Below, in pieces: positions 30,006 through 39,939 of a stretch of DNA of 64,000 nt. Each line of letters opens with the position of its first letter. Positions within the stretch are counted from its first letter, which is position 1. Source of the stretch: an uncultured archaeon (GTDB lineage: Archaea; Asgardarchaeota; Lokiarchaeia; Sigyniarchaeales; SOKP01); contig CAZBPC010000003.1 of assembly GCA_964493715.1 (NCBI GenBank), positions 1-64,000 on the forward strand. Reading direction: 5' to 3'. The notes below the pieces were generated by a model. That model was not told where the DNA came from. It ran no database searches and worked only from the letters and a program-made list of their open reading frames with translations. The translations under genes and the position numbers were made by a program.

Positions 30006-31458
30006 AAGTTCACAGAATGATTTTGATTTTCTGTTTAACCCTAAAAACATTATGATTTATGAAGCAACCCCGAAAATCTCATTTTTTGTGAAGGGATTTA
30101 TTAGACAAAATTTCGATTTGAACAATTTATATCTAATTTCTCCCAATTTCGATTCTATCCTCGATATAAAATGTTTCAAATCGATAGAGGAAGTTCCGGA
30201 GGAAACTATTGATTTAGTAATTCTCTCTGTCAGACGAAGCATTTTAATAGAGACTATAGAGGACATTTTATCAAAAAAAAAAATTAAATTCTTCCATATT
30301 TTTACAGCAGGCACGGGAGAAGCAGATGATGTTGGAATTGAGATCGAGAAACACCTAAAAAAGATTCTAAATCGATTTAGTGACACTAGAGCAATTGGTC
30401 CTAATTGTATGGGATTGTATTGTCCTAAGGGAAAAATTGCATATTACTCTTCATTTCCAATTGAATCAGGAAATATTGGGTTGATTTTTCAGTCTGGAGA
30501 TTTACATTCGAAAATGATAAAGTTTGGATCAAGTCGATATGATCTCAGGTTTTCTAAAGGAGTTAGTGTAGGAAACTGCGTAGACATTCAGATATCTGAA
30601 TTATTAAGTTATTTTAATAAAGATATTGATACAGATATAATTTGCGTGTATCAAGAGGGTTTTTCTCCATTTTCTAATGAAGAAGGAAAGAGATTGCTCG
30701 ATGTGATGAAAAAAATGCAAAAACCCGTTTTATACATGCGAGGTGGAAGAACAACAAGAGGTCAAACAGCTGTTTTGACCCATACTGGCGCAATCGCGAC
30801 TTCGAAGAACATTTGGAATGCGATATTCAAACAAACTCCTGCTATTGAGGTAAAATCTTCTTTAGATGAGTTAATCGACTATTCTTACTTGTTCTCAAAA
30901 TATTTTTATCATTTTAAAGCAAGTAAAAAACCGATTAACTATCCTGAAAATAAGCGAGTTTTGGTTGTTTTGTGGTCTGGAGGATTTGGAATATTAGCAA
31001 CTGATACTTTAATTGAGTTAAGCTTGGATCTTCCACATTTTACGGGCGATGCATTAGAAAAACTTAAAGGTATTTATCCTTCAAAAATTGGCAGCTTAGC
31101 AAATCCATTTGATTTACCGTGGGTAACTTCTAGGAAAGAATATTTAGATGTATGTAAGGCTGCGATTGATGATAATATTGATCTCGTTATAGTAGAAACA
31201 GATGCTTGGAATGACTTTGAATCAGACCATTTTAAGGGTTATTATCATAATTTAAGTGAAATAAAAAAACATGTCGAATCTCTGAATAAGGTCTTCATGA
31301 TTATTTTACATGAATATCCAAGTGAATCAAGAAAATTATTTCATGAAATGCTCATCGCAGACAATTTTCTAGTATATAGGAATATTGAAATCGCGGCCAA
31401 GACATTTCTTAAACTGTATGAATATGGTCAAAAACAAAAATCTCTGGGTAATCTCTGA
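29977..31458 (+). CDS. Acyl-CoA synthetase (NDP-forming) alpha-subunit-like
   Basis: IGPNCMG, QSG, VSVGN, THTGAI (phospho-His), NPFDL. Confidence 0.88.
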   Translation: MKRMITLKSESSQNDFDFLFNPKNIMIYEATPKISFFVKGFIRQNFDLNNLYLISPNFDSILDIKCFKSIEEVPEETIDLVILSVRRSILIETIEDILSKKKIKFFHIFTAGTGEADDVGIEIEKHLKKILNRFSDTRAIGPNCMGLYCPKGKIAYYSSFPIESGNIGLIFQSGDLHSKMIKFGSSRYDLRFSKGVSVGNCVDIQISELLSYFNKDIDTDIICVYQEGFSPFSNEEGKRLLDVMKKMQKPVLYMRGGRTTRGQTAVLTHTGAIATSKNIWNAIFKQTPAIEVKSSLDELIDYSYLFSKYFYHFKASKKPINYPENKRVLVVLWSGGFGILATDTLIELSLDLPHFTGDALEKLKGIYPSKIGSLANPFDLPWVTSRKEYLDVCKAAIDDNIDLVIVETDAWNDFESDHFKGYYHNLSEIKKHVESLNKVFMIILHEYPSESRKLFHEMLIADNFLVYRNIEIAAKTFLKLYEYGQKQKSLGNL

Positions 31459-31519
31459 GATCCTTTTTTTGCACAAATTTAATCTCAAAGATTTTATCTC
31501 ATAAATTATAATTATCCTA

Positions 31520-32473
31520 ATGGCTGGAGAGTTTATTGCAATCTTCGCTGTTTTGACATTTGTTGTATCAAATGTGATTTTTAAAAGAGTGGAACATGAA
31601 GCGAGCCCGATATTCATAAATTTTATTCGTACTGCAATCGGAACTCTCACTTTTTTCATATTTTCACTAGTATTCAACGTCTTCTTTCAAATTTTTCTCC
31701 TTCCGTGGGAATTGTGGATGATTCTCTTTGTAAGTTTCTTATTTGGTCAAATAATAGGTGACACGGCATACTTTATAGCACAAAAAGAGCTAGGAACTAC
31801 AATGGCTCTTGCGGTTTCAATGATTTTCCCACTCATAACTTTTATTCTATCGATAATCTTCCTAAATGAACCATTTGACCTTCGTGTAGTTTTTTCGCTT
31901 ATTCTTGTTGGTTTAGGTATTTTCATAATTGGTAAAAGCAAAGTTAGTGATAGTTTACCATCCAAATCAATCGTAAAACCTAAAAACCAGCAATCTAAAC
32001 GCCCTATAACTCAATTTAGGGCAATTAGTTTTGGAATTTTAGCAGCTTTTGGATGGGCTGTTGGCTTAGTTATTATTGATTATGCAACTAATGACATCAA
32101 TCGTATCTTAGCAGTGGAAGAGTTAAGTTCTATAATAGGAAATGTCATTAGGTTTCCATTTGCTCTAATAATATTGTTAACTATGGTTTTACGCGAAAAT
32201 TACGGAAAGAAGTCGGGAGACCCAATTATAAGAAGGAGCAGAAAAACTTGGGCACTTTTAATAATGGGTGCGATCATTGGTACATCTATTGGAGCTTATG
32301 CGTATACCGAAGCTGCTCGTGTAGCAGGTGCGACAATCATGGCTTTAATTGCTAGCGCTAGTCCCCTTTTTTCTCTTCCGTTGACATATTTTATAAATAA
32401 GGAAAAGATTACAAAATTTGGTTTTGTTGGAGTTATTTTAACCATTTTAGGGGTAATAGTTATAATATACTAA
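31520..32473 (+). CDS. DMT/EamA family transporter
   Basis: About 10 TM helices in two repeats; ASPLF...INKEKIT. Confidence 0.88.
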   Translation: MAGEFIAIFAVLTFVVSNVIFKRVEHEASPIFINFIRTAIGTLTFFIFSLVFNVFFQIFLLPWELWMILFVSFLFGQIIGDTAYFIAQKELGTTMALAVSMIFPLITFILSIIFLNEPFDLRVVFSLILVGLGIFIIGKSKVSDSLPSKSIVKPKNQQSKRPITQFRAISFGILAAFGWAVGLVIIDYATNDINRILAVEELSSIIGNVIRFPFALIILLTMVLRENYGKKSGDPIIRRSRKTWALLIMGAIIGTSIGAYAYTEAARVAGATIMALIASASPLFSLPLTYFINKEKITKFGFVGVILTILGVIVIIY

Positions 32474-32488
32474 GAATGATCAGATCAT

Positions 32489-33058
32489 ATGAATATTGAA
32501 ATTAAACCATTAACCCCAGAATTAATAGGAGATTTTTTACATTACTTTGATGAAGTAGGATTTTCTAATAATCTCGATTGGTCGGGATGTTATTGTTATT
32601 TTCATCATTTCCCTGGCTCAATAGAAGAATGGTTGAATCGTACTAAAGAGGAAAATCGAGCAGATTCTAAAAAATCAGTCTTAAGCGGTGTTACAAATGG
32701 TTTTTTAGCTTATGAAGATGGAAATCCCATTGGATGGATAAATACAGATTTAAAAGAAAATTACGTGAAAGTGCCTTATGAAGAAGAAATAAATCCATCA
32801 AAGGAAGGAAAAGTGGCATCAATAGTGTGCATATTGATCGCGCCTTTGCATAGAAGAAAAGGTATTGCCAAGCAACTTTTAAAAAATGTTTTGGTGAAAT
32901 TAAAAGAAAATGGCATAAAAATAGTTGAAGCATATCCTCGATTAGGTGATCTATCTGATGCACATCATTATCATGGTCCTCTTTCATTATATCAATCGGA
33001 AGGTTTTTTAATTGTTAAAAAGTTTAAGGATATGGTTGTCGTGCAAAAAGAGCTTTAA
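32489..33058 (+). CDS. GNAT family N-acetyltransferase
   Basis: HRRKGIAKQLL, CYC, VEAYP, LYQSEGF. Confidence 0.9.
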   Translation: MNIEIKPLTPELIGDFLHYFDEVGFSNNLDWSGCYCYFHHFPGSIEEWLNRTKEENRADSKKSVLSGVTNGFLAYEDGNPIGWINTDLKENYVKVPYEEEINPSKEGKVASIVCILIAPLHRRKGIAKQLLKNVLVKLKENGIKIVEAYPRLGDLSDAHHYHGPLSLYQSEGFLIVKKFKDMVVVQKEL

Positions 33059-33108
33059 TTTATAAATTAAATATCCATATCCTTCTTTAAAAAGGAGTTG
33101 AATTACTC

Positions 33109-33909
33109 ATGAATGATGAAAAAAATAATGGAATGGAAAGGATTCGAAAAATTGGAAACTTCATTCAACAACTCGAAGATATAAAAGAAAGTCTTATAAA
33201 ATTTTTAAACACCCGTATAGAGTTAGATGAAGTAACTAAAAATCTTTGGATTTCAGATGTGAAAGATTTTTACTATAATACCGTGTCCGCTTGGGAGATA
33301 CTTAATAGCGTAGCGAACGGAAATTTAAAATGCGTAGATGATTCTAAGAGTTTTTTACATCTCGCAAGAGGTCAGTTAGCTAAATCGATAAGTGAATTAA
33401 AGTTTTATAAAGAAGAGTTAGTATCTAATCTCATAAAAGAAGTTGAAATTAATTTTGAAAAATGTTGGAATGCTTTTTATTTTGAATTCGAATGTTTAAC
33501 ACCAATTAATAAAAGTATTAAACCCATCCCCCGAGTTATTAAGATATCTAATTTTGAATATCACTTACCTTGCTCAGTCTGTGGTAAAATTTCTATCAAA
33601 TATAAAATAGGTCCCGATTGGCTTGATGATCATGAATCACTAGTTTACAGTGGCATTACGCATAGTAGGTCATTAAGAAAGGATCTTGCAAATATGTTAT
33701 TTGAAATTCTGGATAATGAAAACCTTTCTGCAGTTCATCAGTTCATGCTAAAATATCATTCTCTAGAAGGATTAGATGCGTACTGTCCTGAATGCGATAA
33801 AATATATTGTTGGGAGCATTATGACGCAAGAGAAGAATATGATGACGGGTTCTACGATTGCACCTACGGTGAATGCCCAAATGGACATCGAAGGATGATC
33901 GATGATTAA
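33109..33909 (+). CDS. Hypothetical protein with C-terminal Cys/His zinc-binding region
   Basis: CSVC, YCPECDKIYCWEH, CPNGH. Confidence 0.7.
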   Translation: MNDEKNNGMERIRKIGNFIQQLEDIKESLIKFLNTRIELDEVTKNLWISDVKDFYYNTVSAWEILNSVANGNLKCVDDSKSFLHLARGQLAKSISELKFYKEELVSNLIKEVEINFEKCWNAFYFEFECLTPINKSIKPIPRVIKISNFEYHLPCSVCGKISIKYKIGPDWLDDHESLVYSGITHSRSLRKDLANMLFEILDNENLSAVHQFMLKYHSLEGLDAYCPECDKIYCWEHYDAREEYDDGFYDCTYGECPNGHRRMIDD

Positions 33910-33951
33910 AATGATCTTCGCGGTACCTTTTAAATTTAAAACTAAGTTGAA

Positions 33952-35031
33952 TTATTCGTAATATTGCTCAAAAAGTTTTAATTCCTCAGAGATTTCTTTT
34001 AATTTGCTCATTTCTTCTTCAGTAGGAATCTCTTCTTTGGAAATGTCATATAGCTTCAAATTCAAGCTTTTCCGAACCTTATTTTCTATTTTATTAATTT
34101 TTTGCTTGGTAGCAAAAAACTTTATTGCCTTAAATTTGATTTTAGTGAGCGGTTTTTCCCATTCCTTAGTAAATGATCCATTCTGAATATCCACGAGCAC
34201 TTTTTTCATGATTGGTTTAAGAGGGATATTGCGGAATCTTATTCCCCTGCTCATGGCTCCATATTGGCTTGTTTGTGAATGAAAGTCCACTTGTTTTATT
34301 AATCCAATTTCTGCCATTTTCTTATATGTATATGACATCTCATTACTCATATATAACTCTACTAAGACCGCTTCAGGCGGATATCCCGCATCAATTAAAG
34401 TATAGATTGCAGTGAGTAAAACTCGTCCAAAAGCAGGACCAAATCCTTGTTCATTAAATAAGTCCAATTCGGCTTCTTGTTTAAAAGTCACTTGAATTGC
34501 TCCTTTTTTTAATGTTCCTATACCATTCGCTAAAGCTAATAATATCTCTAAAGCATCTCCACTATAATTTTGTTCCACGCTTATAAAGCTAAAGAATCCT
34601 TGATTGTTAAGAAAATTTTCTCTGACTCCTACTCCAATCATTCTAGGGGCCAACAGAATAACATCAACATTTTCAGGAGGGACAATTAAATTAAATCCGA
34701 TAGTATATCCCGATGCAAACACTAAAGCACTTCCAGGTTTTAGATTACTTTTTATACTAGTCTCGAAAGTCTCTTTCATGATTTCATCAGGAATGAGAAA
34801 AAATATTATGTCAGCTATTTTTGTAGCTTCTTTAATTGTATACGTAGAGAAACCATCGTTAATAGCGACATCTTTATAATTATCTTCCCTGTTTCCGATA
34901 ATGATTCCCATTCCAGAATCTCTTAAGTTTAATGCTTGAGCTCGTCCTTGGTTTCCGTAACCTATAATAGCAATGGTTTTATCTTTCAAAATTTCTAAAT
35001 TTGAATCCTTTTCATGAAATATTTGAACCAT
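33952..35031 (-). CDS. ilvC: Ketol-acid reductoisomerase
   Basis: IIGYGNQGRAQALNLRDSG, LIPDE, DLFNEQ, SQTSQYG. Confidence 0.92.
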   Translation of the reverse strand: MVQIFHEKDSNLEILKDKTIAIIGYGNQGRAQALNLRDSGMGIIIGNREDNYKDVAINDGFSTYTIKEATKIADIIFFLIPDEIMKETFETSIKSNLKPGSALVFASGYTIGFNLIVPPENVDVILLAPRMIGVGVRENFLNNQGFFSFISVEQNYSGDALEILLALANGIGTLKKGAIQVTFKQEAELDLFNEQGFGPAFGRVLLTAIYTLIDAGYPPEAVLVELYMSNEMSYTYKKMAEIGLIKQVDFHSQTSQYGAMSRGIRFRNIPLKPIMKKVLVDIQNGSFTKEWEKPLTKIKFKAIKFFATKQKINKIENKVRKSLNLKLYDISKEEIPTEEEMSKLKEISEELKLFEQYYE

Positions 35032-35070
35032 TATTATTATCTACCTATAAATTTTAAAAAAGAAGTTATG

Positions 35071-35652
35071 CTATTTTTTAAGTATTTTTTCATAATCGAA
35101 TTCATTCTTCTTTAATATGGTTTCAACCATTCTTGAAAACACAGCATGGATGTTAACATTATCTTTGGAAGAGGTTTTGTAAAATGGAATGGAGTCATAT
35201 TTCGTTCTGAAATTTTCTATTACTAATTCATCTACTTTTTCAGGATCAGTTATTAAATCACTTTTACAACCTATCAATATCTTAGGTGTTTCCTTCGGAA
35301 CTAATTTTGATAGATGATCATTCCACCAATTTAACCCTAACAGAGAATTATTCAAATTAAATAAGCTAAAAACAAGAAAAACTCCGTTAGCACCATGAAT
35401 GTAATAACTGAACATCTTCTTGAATTGCTCCTGTCCACCAAAATCCCATATACTCAAACGTACAAATGTTTCTTCACCTTTGATAATTATTGGAAGGTCA
35501 TGGGTATAAAAGTCAATGCCTATCGTTAATTTTGTATTTGCATCGAACGTATCTAAACACAATCTTCTCGCAATGCAGGTTTTCCCTACTCCACCATTCC
35601 CAATTAGACAAATCTTAAAGATATATGTTGGTTTGACATCATCTTTAAACAT
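35071..35652 (-). CDS. Small GTPase, Rab-like
   Basis: GNGGVGKT, TIGIDF, WDFGGQ, CKSD, TSSK. Confidence 0.92.
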   Translation of the reverse strand: MFKDDVKPTYIFKICLIGNGGVGKTCIARRLCLDTFDANTKLTIGIDFYTHDLPIIIKGEETFVRLSIWDFGGQEQFKKMFSYYIHGANGVFLVFSLFNLNNSLLGLNWWNDHLSKLVPKETPKILIGCKSDLITDPEKVDELVIENFRTKYDSIPFYKTSSKDNVNIHAVFSRMVETILKKNEFDYEKILKK

Positions 35653-36052
35653 AAAGTTATTCTCTCTTTATCTTAATTTTTAGTTAAATTAAATCTATGT
35701 AAGAATAATCGACATTTTATATTTTAAATCTTTAGAAATCGCTATGATAATATTTTTCATGAATCTCAGCATTCGTTTTGGTTCCCTTCAATAGTCCAGA
35801 AATACATGTAAGTTTCTATAATAATATATTCCTTATCTTTTGGCTAATTAAAGAAGGATTATCCCTCCCAATTTAGAATTTAAAGCTCTAGACAAAGAAA
35901 AGTTTTATCTGAAGTTCAATTCTTCAGTAATTGGGTCTAAATATCATCAGAAACATAATGCAATACAATGAGTGATCCGATCAACATGCTCATTTGAACT
36001 CAGTTTTTGATCATTTTTGCATATCCGAAATTTCTACTAAAAAAATTGTTTC

Positions 36053-36136
36053 AAATCACATGTGATTTTTTTTGTCGACCATGTATCATCAATCTGATAT
36101 ATCAGATTCATCGACATCAACCAACATATTTATATA
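36053..36136 (+). promoter_or_regulatory. Histone upstream region: two perfect palindromes followed by a TATA-like box
   Basis: AAATCACATGTGATTT (36053-36068), AATCTGATATATCAGATT (36091-36108), TTTATATA (36129-36136). Confidence 0.55.
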
Positions 36137-36218
36137 TGAGTAATACCAATTTAATTATGATTAACACTAATATTATTTAAAAAACATTTAAAAAAACATT
36201 GTGGAGGAATAAAAAATT

Positions 36219-36425
36219 ATGGCAGCTTTCGCATGGTCTCCGCTTCGCTCACTTATGAAAAAAGCAGGTGCTGAAATCGTAAGTCGTGCAGCAGTAGACA
36301 AATTAATGGATTACCTCGAGGAATATGCAAAAACCTTAACTGGTTGTGCCCTCGATATTGCAAAACACTCAGGCCGCAAGAAAGTAACACAAGATGATAT
36401 GAAAATCGCTATTGGATTAATTTAA
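36219..36425 (+). CDS. Archaeal histone (tail-less)
   Basis: LMKKAGAEIVS...AKHSGRKKVTQDD histone fold; GGAGG upstream. Confidence 0.95.
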   Translation: MAAFAWSPLRSLMKKAGAEIVSRAAVDKLMDYLEEYAKTLTGCALDIAKHSGRKKVTQDDMKIAIGLI

Positions 36426-36493
36426 AGCGATTCTTATCTTGGGCTTACTGTTTAGCACAAAAACCTAACTTTTTTTTTATTATTTTTTAATTA

Positions 36494-37603
36494 CTAATTC
36501 TTAAATGATACTTTCTTTCTCATTTTATTTCCAGATAAATAAAGAATACAACACCCAGGACATATTGACATAAACTGTTTACGTGAAATATAATCTCTAA
36601 ACTTTTGATATTTCGATCCAAACCATATTTCTTCAAAAGTATTATCGTATAGATTACCCATAACGAGATCGTAAAAAATATGACATGGTGCTATATCTCC
36701 ATTGGCAACAATATCCGTTGAAACCCATGGAATAATGCAACTTTTATAATGATCGCTCATCTTACACCAATCAGCTTTTAGATAAGCCTCAAGATTCTCT
36801 GGTGTAAAAGAAGGGGGTAGAAGTAACAAATATTTATTCTTTTCTTTTAGTGCTTTCTTCACTCGAAAAACTTGACGTGATAACTCTGAACAATCTATAT
36901 TTAAAAACTCTTGAGGTTCTCTTACTAAACCTTTCCAATATTTAGCGTTTTCTATATTAAATTCTGTCTTTAAAAATCTGGCATAGGTTTCCCCCATTTG
37001 TTGAGTAATAAAATTTTGCATTTGTATGGTAATCCAATTAAAATGTTCAAGATTTAAATCTTTAAGAAAAAGTTCCTCAATTGAATCACAATTTTCAGGT
37101 GTGACTGTATAAATGATACTTAAATCTGGCTTTTTTGCATGTTGTTTCTTCTTCTCTTCAACAAGTGCTTCTATTCCAGCAATCGCTTTCTCATAACTAC
37201 CATTCCCTCTTTGAATATTATTTTGTTTACGGGGTCCATCAAGAGACACTCGAATGGAGTCGAATTTTGTCTTTACTAACATCATTGCGTTTTCCTCAAG
37301 CAATGTGCCATTGGTAGGAGTATCGACGAAACATTTAGTTTTTTTAATTTCTAGAATTAATTCTTCAAGACATGGATAAATTAAAGGTTCCCCTCCAAAT
37401 AGAGAATACATCGGATTTGCTGGAGCTAAATATTCAATTACCCGTTTTAATTTGTCAAAATCTAAAGAACTTGGTTTCATGTTTAATTTATTCTTAGAAT
37501 AAACCCCAGTTTCTCCAAAGTAATAACACATTTTACATCTTAAATTGCAATTCTCAGTAAGGTGTAAAGTAATATTTCGAGGCAGATTTAATTGTTTAGT
37601 AAT
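36494..37603 (-). CDS. Radical SAM/SPASM-domain protein; probable ATT start
   Basis: The frame extends upstream to complete LTENCNLRCKMC (CxxxCxxC); also GGEP, TNGTLL, VSLDG and a C-terminal C...GDIAPC...CPGC. Confidence 0.88.
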   Translation of the reverse strand: MTKQLNLPRNITLHLTENCNLRCKMCYYFGETGVYSKNKLNMKPSSLDFDKLKRVIEYLAPANPMYSLFGGEPLIYPCLEELILEIKKTKCFVDTPTNGTLLEENAMMLVKTKFDSIRVSLDGPRKQNNIQRGNGSYEKAIAGIEALVEEKKKQHAKKPDLSIIYTVTPENCDSIEELFLKDLNLEHFNWITIQMQNFITQQMGETYARFLKTEFNIENAKYWKGLVREPQEFLNIDCSELSRQVFRVKKALKEKNKYLLLLPPSFTPENLEAYLKADWCKMSDHYKSCIIPWVSTDIVANGDIAPCHIFYDLVMGNLYDNTFEEIWFGSKYQKFRDYISRKQFMSICPGCCILYLSGNKMRKKVSFKN

Positions 37604-37701
37604 TCATATCCCCTTATTTTCAATACTCTTCTTCCTAATTACTAGTAATTAATTCAAATTTCTTAAAATAGATTTACTTGTTAACTAAAATTAAAAGGAT
37701 T

Positions 37702-39111
37702 TTAATCGGTATGTTTTTTGATATATTCATGATAGGTACATAAATTATTCAAGGATTTTGCTAAAGCTTCAATAGATTCATATACGGGAATATTTAGCTT
37801 GAACATTTCTTTTTTAAATTGTAACCTATCTATATAGTATTTAATATCTTCAGTGATCATATAAGCGACACAGATAAAGGGTTTGTTCATTTCATAATAT
37901 GCTTTTTTGACGTATTTGAGAATTTGCTCGTCAAAATTTATTACCCACCCAAATATTATCACCGAAATGTTAGGATCTCTATCAAGTGCTAGTAATGACT
38001 TATAAAACACCTCTGGATTTATTCCACTGCTTCCGAGATCCAATGGATTTCGAACAATAGTATTAACACCTGGTAGAAATTTGAGTATGGTTTCTTGTGT
38101 TTCAGGTAATAATCTTGGAACTAATAGGTTATGCTGTTCAAGGACATCTGTGATTTGGATCGAAGCTCCACCTCCAATGCTTATCACCCCCACTTTTCGA
38201 TCTATGGATAAGTTTAAGAGATAATGAAATGTCATTGCCAAGTTTTGAAATTCTTCAGCACTTTTTACGAGTATTGCTCCAGTTTGTCGTGCTATACCTT
38301 CCCAAACAGCCTGTGATCCCGCTAAACCTCCTGTATGAGATTTAATTGCTTCTCTTGAGGATTCACCAGATCCAACTTTCCAAAGAATGACAGGTTTTTT
38401 TTTAAGAGCTAATTTTTTCAGGATTTGCCTGAAATTCTGTCCAATTTCGTTATTTTTTATATTTTCTAGATAAAGCCCTATTACTTCGGTTTCTTTATCT
38501 GTCAGGAAATATTCAAGAAAATGCACGAAATTCAAATCAATTTGGTTTCCTATTGAGATCGCTTTACTTATCGGGTTACCATAAATAGATGAGGCCATTG
38601 AAGACATTTGTATTGCTAATCCTCCAGATTGAAGAATCATGCCAAAATTTCCGGAATTCGAGTTCAATCTCGATGAAAAAGCAATATTGTTTTTAGGAAC
38701 ATAAATCCCCACGCAGTTAGGACCGAGGATTTTTATATCATATTTTTTTGCTATTATTAAGAGATCTGATTCCAAGGATTGTATACCAACTTCAGAGAAA
38801 CCAGAAGTGAATATTGTGACAAATGGAACCTTTCTCTTTCCTACTTCCTCTAAAATAGCAGGACAGAGCTTAGCAGGTACTGCAATGACAACATAATCTA
38901 TTGGTTCTTCCATCGGAATATCTAAAATCGAACCGTATACATGTAAATCCCTAATTATTTGACCTTTCAAGCGAGGATTAAAAATGTAAATAGGTTTATC
39001 AAAAGCAACGCTTTGAAGAGCCCTAAGGAAAAAACCACCACCGTAAGGTTTATCACTGACTCCTATTATCCCTATCGCCCTAGGGTTAAATAGGCGATTC
39101 AAATCAAACAT
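37702..39111 (-). CDS. Acyl-CoA synthetase (NDP-forming) alpha-subunit-like
   Basis: LGPNCVG, QSGG, ISIGNQ, SHTGGL, NPLDL. Confidence 0.9.
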   Translation of the reverse strand: MFDLNRLFNPRAIGIIGVSDKPYGGGFFLRALQSVAFDKPIYIFNPRLKGQIIRDLHVYGSILDIPMEEPIDYVVIAVPAKLCPAILEEVGKRKVPFVTIFTSGFSEVGIQSLESDLLIIAKKYDIKILGPNCVGIYVPKNNIAFSSRLNSNSGNFGMILQSGGLAIQMSSMASSIYGNPISKAISIGNQIDLNFVHFLEYFLTDKETEVIGLYLENIKNNEIGQNFRQILKKLALKKKPVILWKVGSGESSREAIKSHTGGLAGSQAVWEGIARQTGAILVKSAEEFQNLAMTFHYLLNLSIDRKVGVISIGGGASIQITDVLEQHNLLVPRLLPETQETILKFLPGVNTIVRNPLDLGSSGINPEVFYKSLLALDRDPNISVIIFGWVINFDEQILKYVKKAYYEMNKPFICVAYMITEDIKYYIDRLQFKKEMFKLNIPVYESIEALAKSLNNLCTYHEYIKKHTD

Positions 39112-39243
39112 ACTATATCATTTTTAATCATAAATTTCAAACTTAAATATAGATAATTCATTGAAACTTTAAAAGCATTTTAAAAAGGATTTTAGAACAA
39201 AAATCAACTTTGATCATTGGTTTTTAATACATAAAATAAAGAA

Positions 39244-39777
39244 TTACTCATTGATAGGATAATTCTCAAAAAGAGTTTCTGTCATGACTTCAAAGGCTTT
39301 CTCCACATTATCTCCGGTCTTGGAAGATAGTTCTATAAATGATGTTAGGCTGTAGGATTTTGCGGCTTGAATCCCCTCATCTCTTGAGACTGCACGATAT
39401 TCCTCCAAATCACATTTAGATCCTACTAGCATTATCGGTATGTCTCCAGCATTTTCTCTAATGAGTTGAGTCCATGCCGGGAGTTGTTCTAGTGTTCTTG
39501 CATTTGTGATGTCATAGAGAAAAAATGCAGCATTTGCTCCTTTACAATATTGAGAAAGCAAGAATCGAAATCTTTCTTCACCTCCAAAGTCCCAAATTTG
39601 GAGCTTTACCTTATGAACGTTATGGAACAAGATGTTTTTTGAATAAAAATCTACTCCAATAGTCATCCTCAAATCACGAAGGAAAAAGCCCGAAATGTAT
39701 CTTAGTGTTAAGGAGGTCTTCCCAACGGAAGCGTCTCCAAGCATCATAACTTTAAAAGTATAATCGAAATCCGTCAA
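39244..39777 (-). CDS. Small GTPase, Rab-like
   Basis: GDASVGKT, TIGVDF, KLQIWDFGGEERFR, SKCD, SSK. Confidence 0.93.
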   Translation of the reverse strand: MTDFDYTFKVMMLGDASVGKTSLTLRYISGFFLRDLRMTIGVDFYSKNILFHNVHKVKLQIWDFGGEERFRFLLSQYCKGANAAFFLYDITNARTLEQLPAWTQLIRENAGDIPIMLVGSKCDLEEYRAVSRDEGIQAAKSYSLTSFIELSSKTGDNVEKAFEVMTETLFENYPINE

Positions 39778-39939
39778 TATCCTTAACCTAAATAGAAAAT
39801 TCTTTCCTTTTAATTTAATAAACTTGTTATGAAGAGAGATGTTGACAATTTTATTAAGATTCTTTTATTATTTGAACTAATTTATGAATAAAAATTATAT
39901 CTATTATTATTTAATCTTTCTTCTTAAAAAATCATGCTA

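Noticed and set aside
35900-35955. Minus-strand TGATGA...CTGA as a box C/D sRNA
   Set aside because: No convincing second box pair or identifiable target; such words are common in AT-rich DNA.
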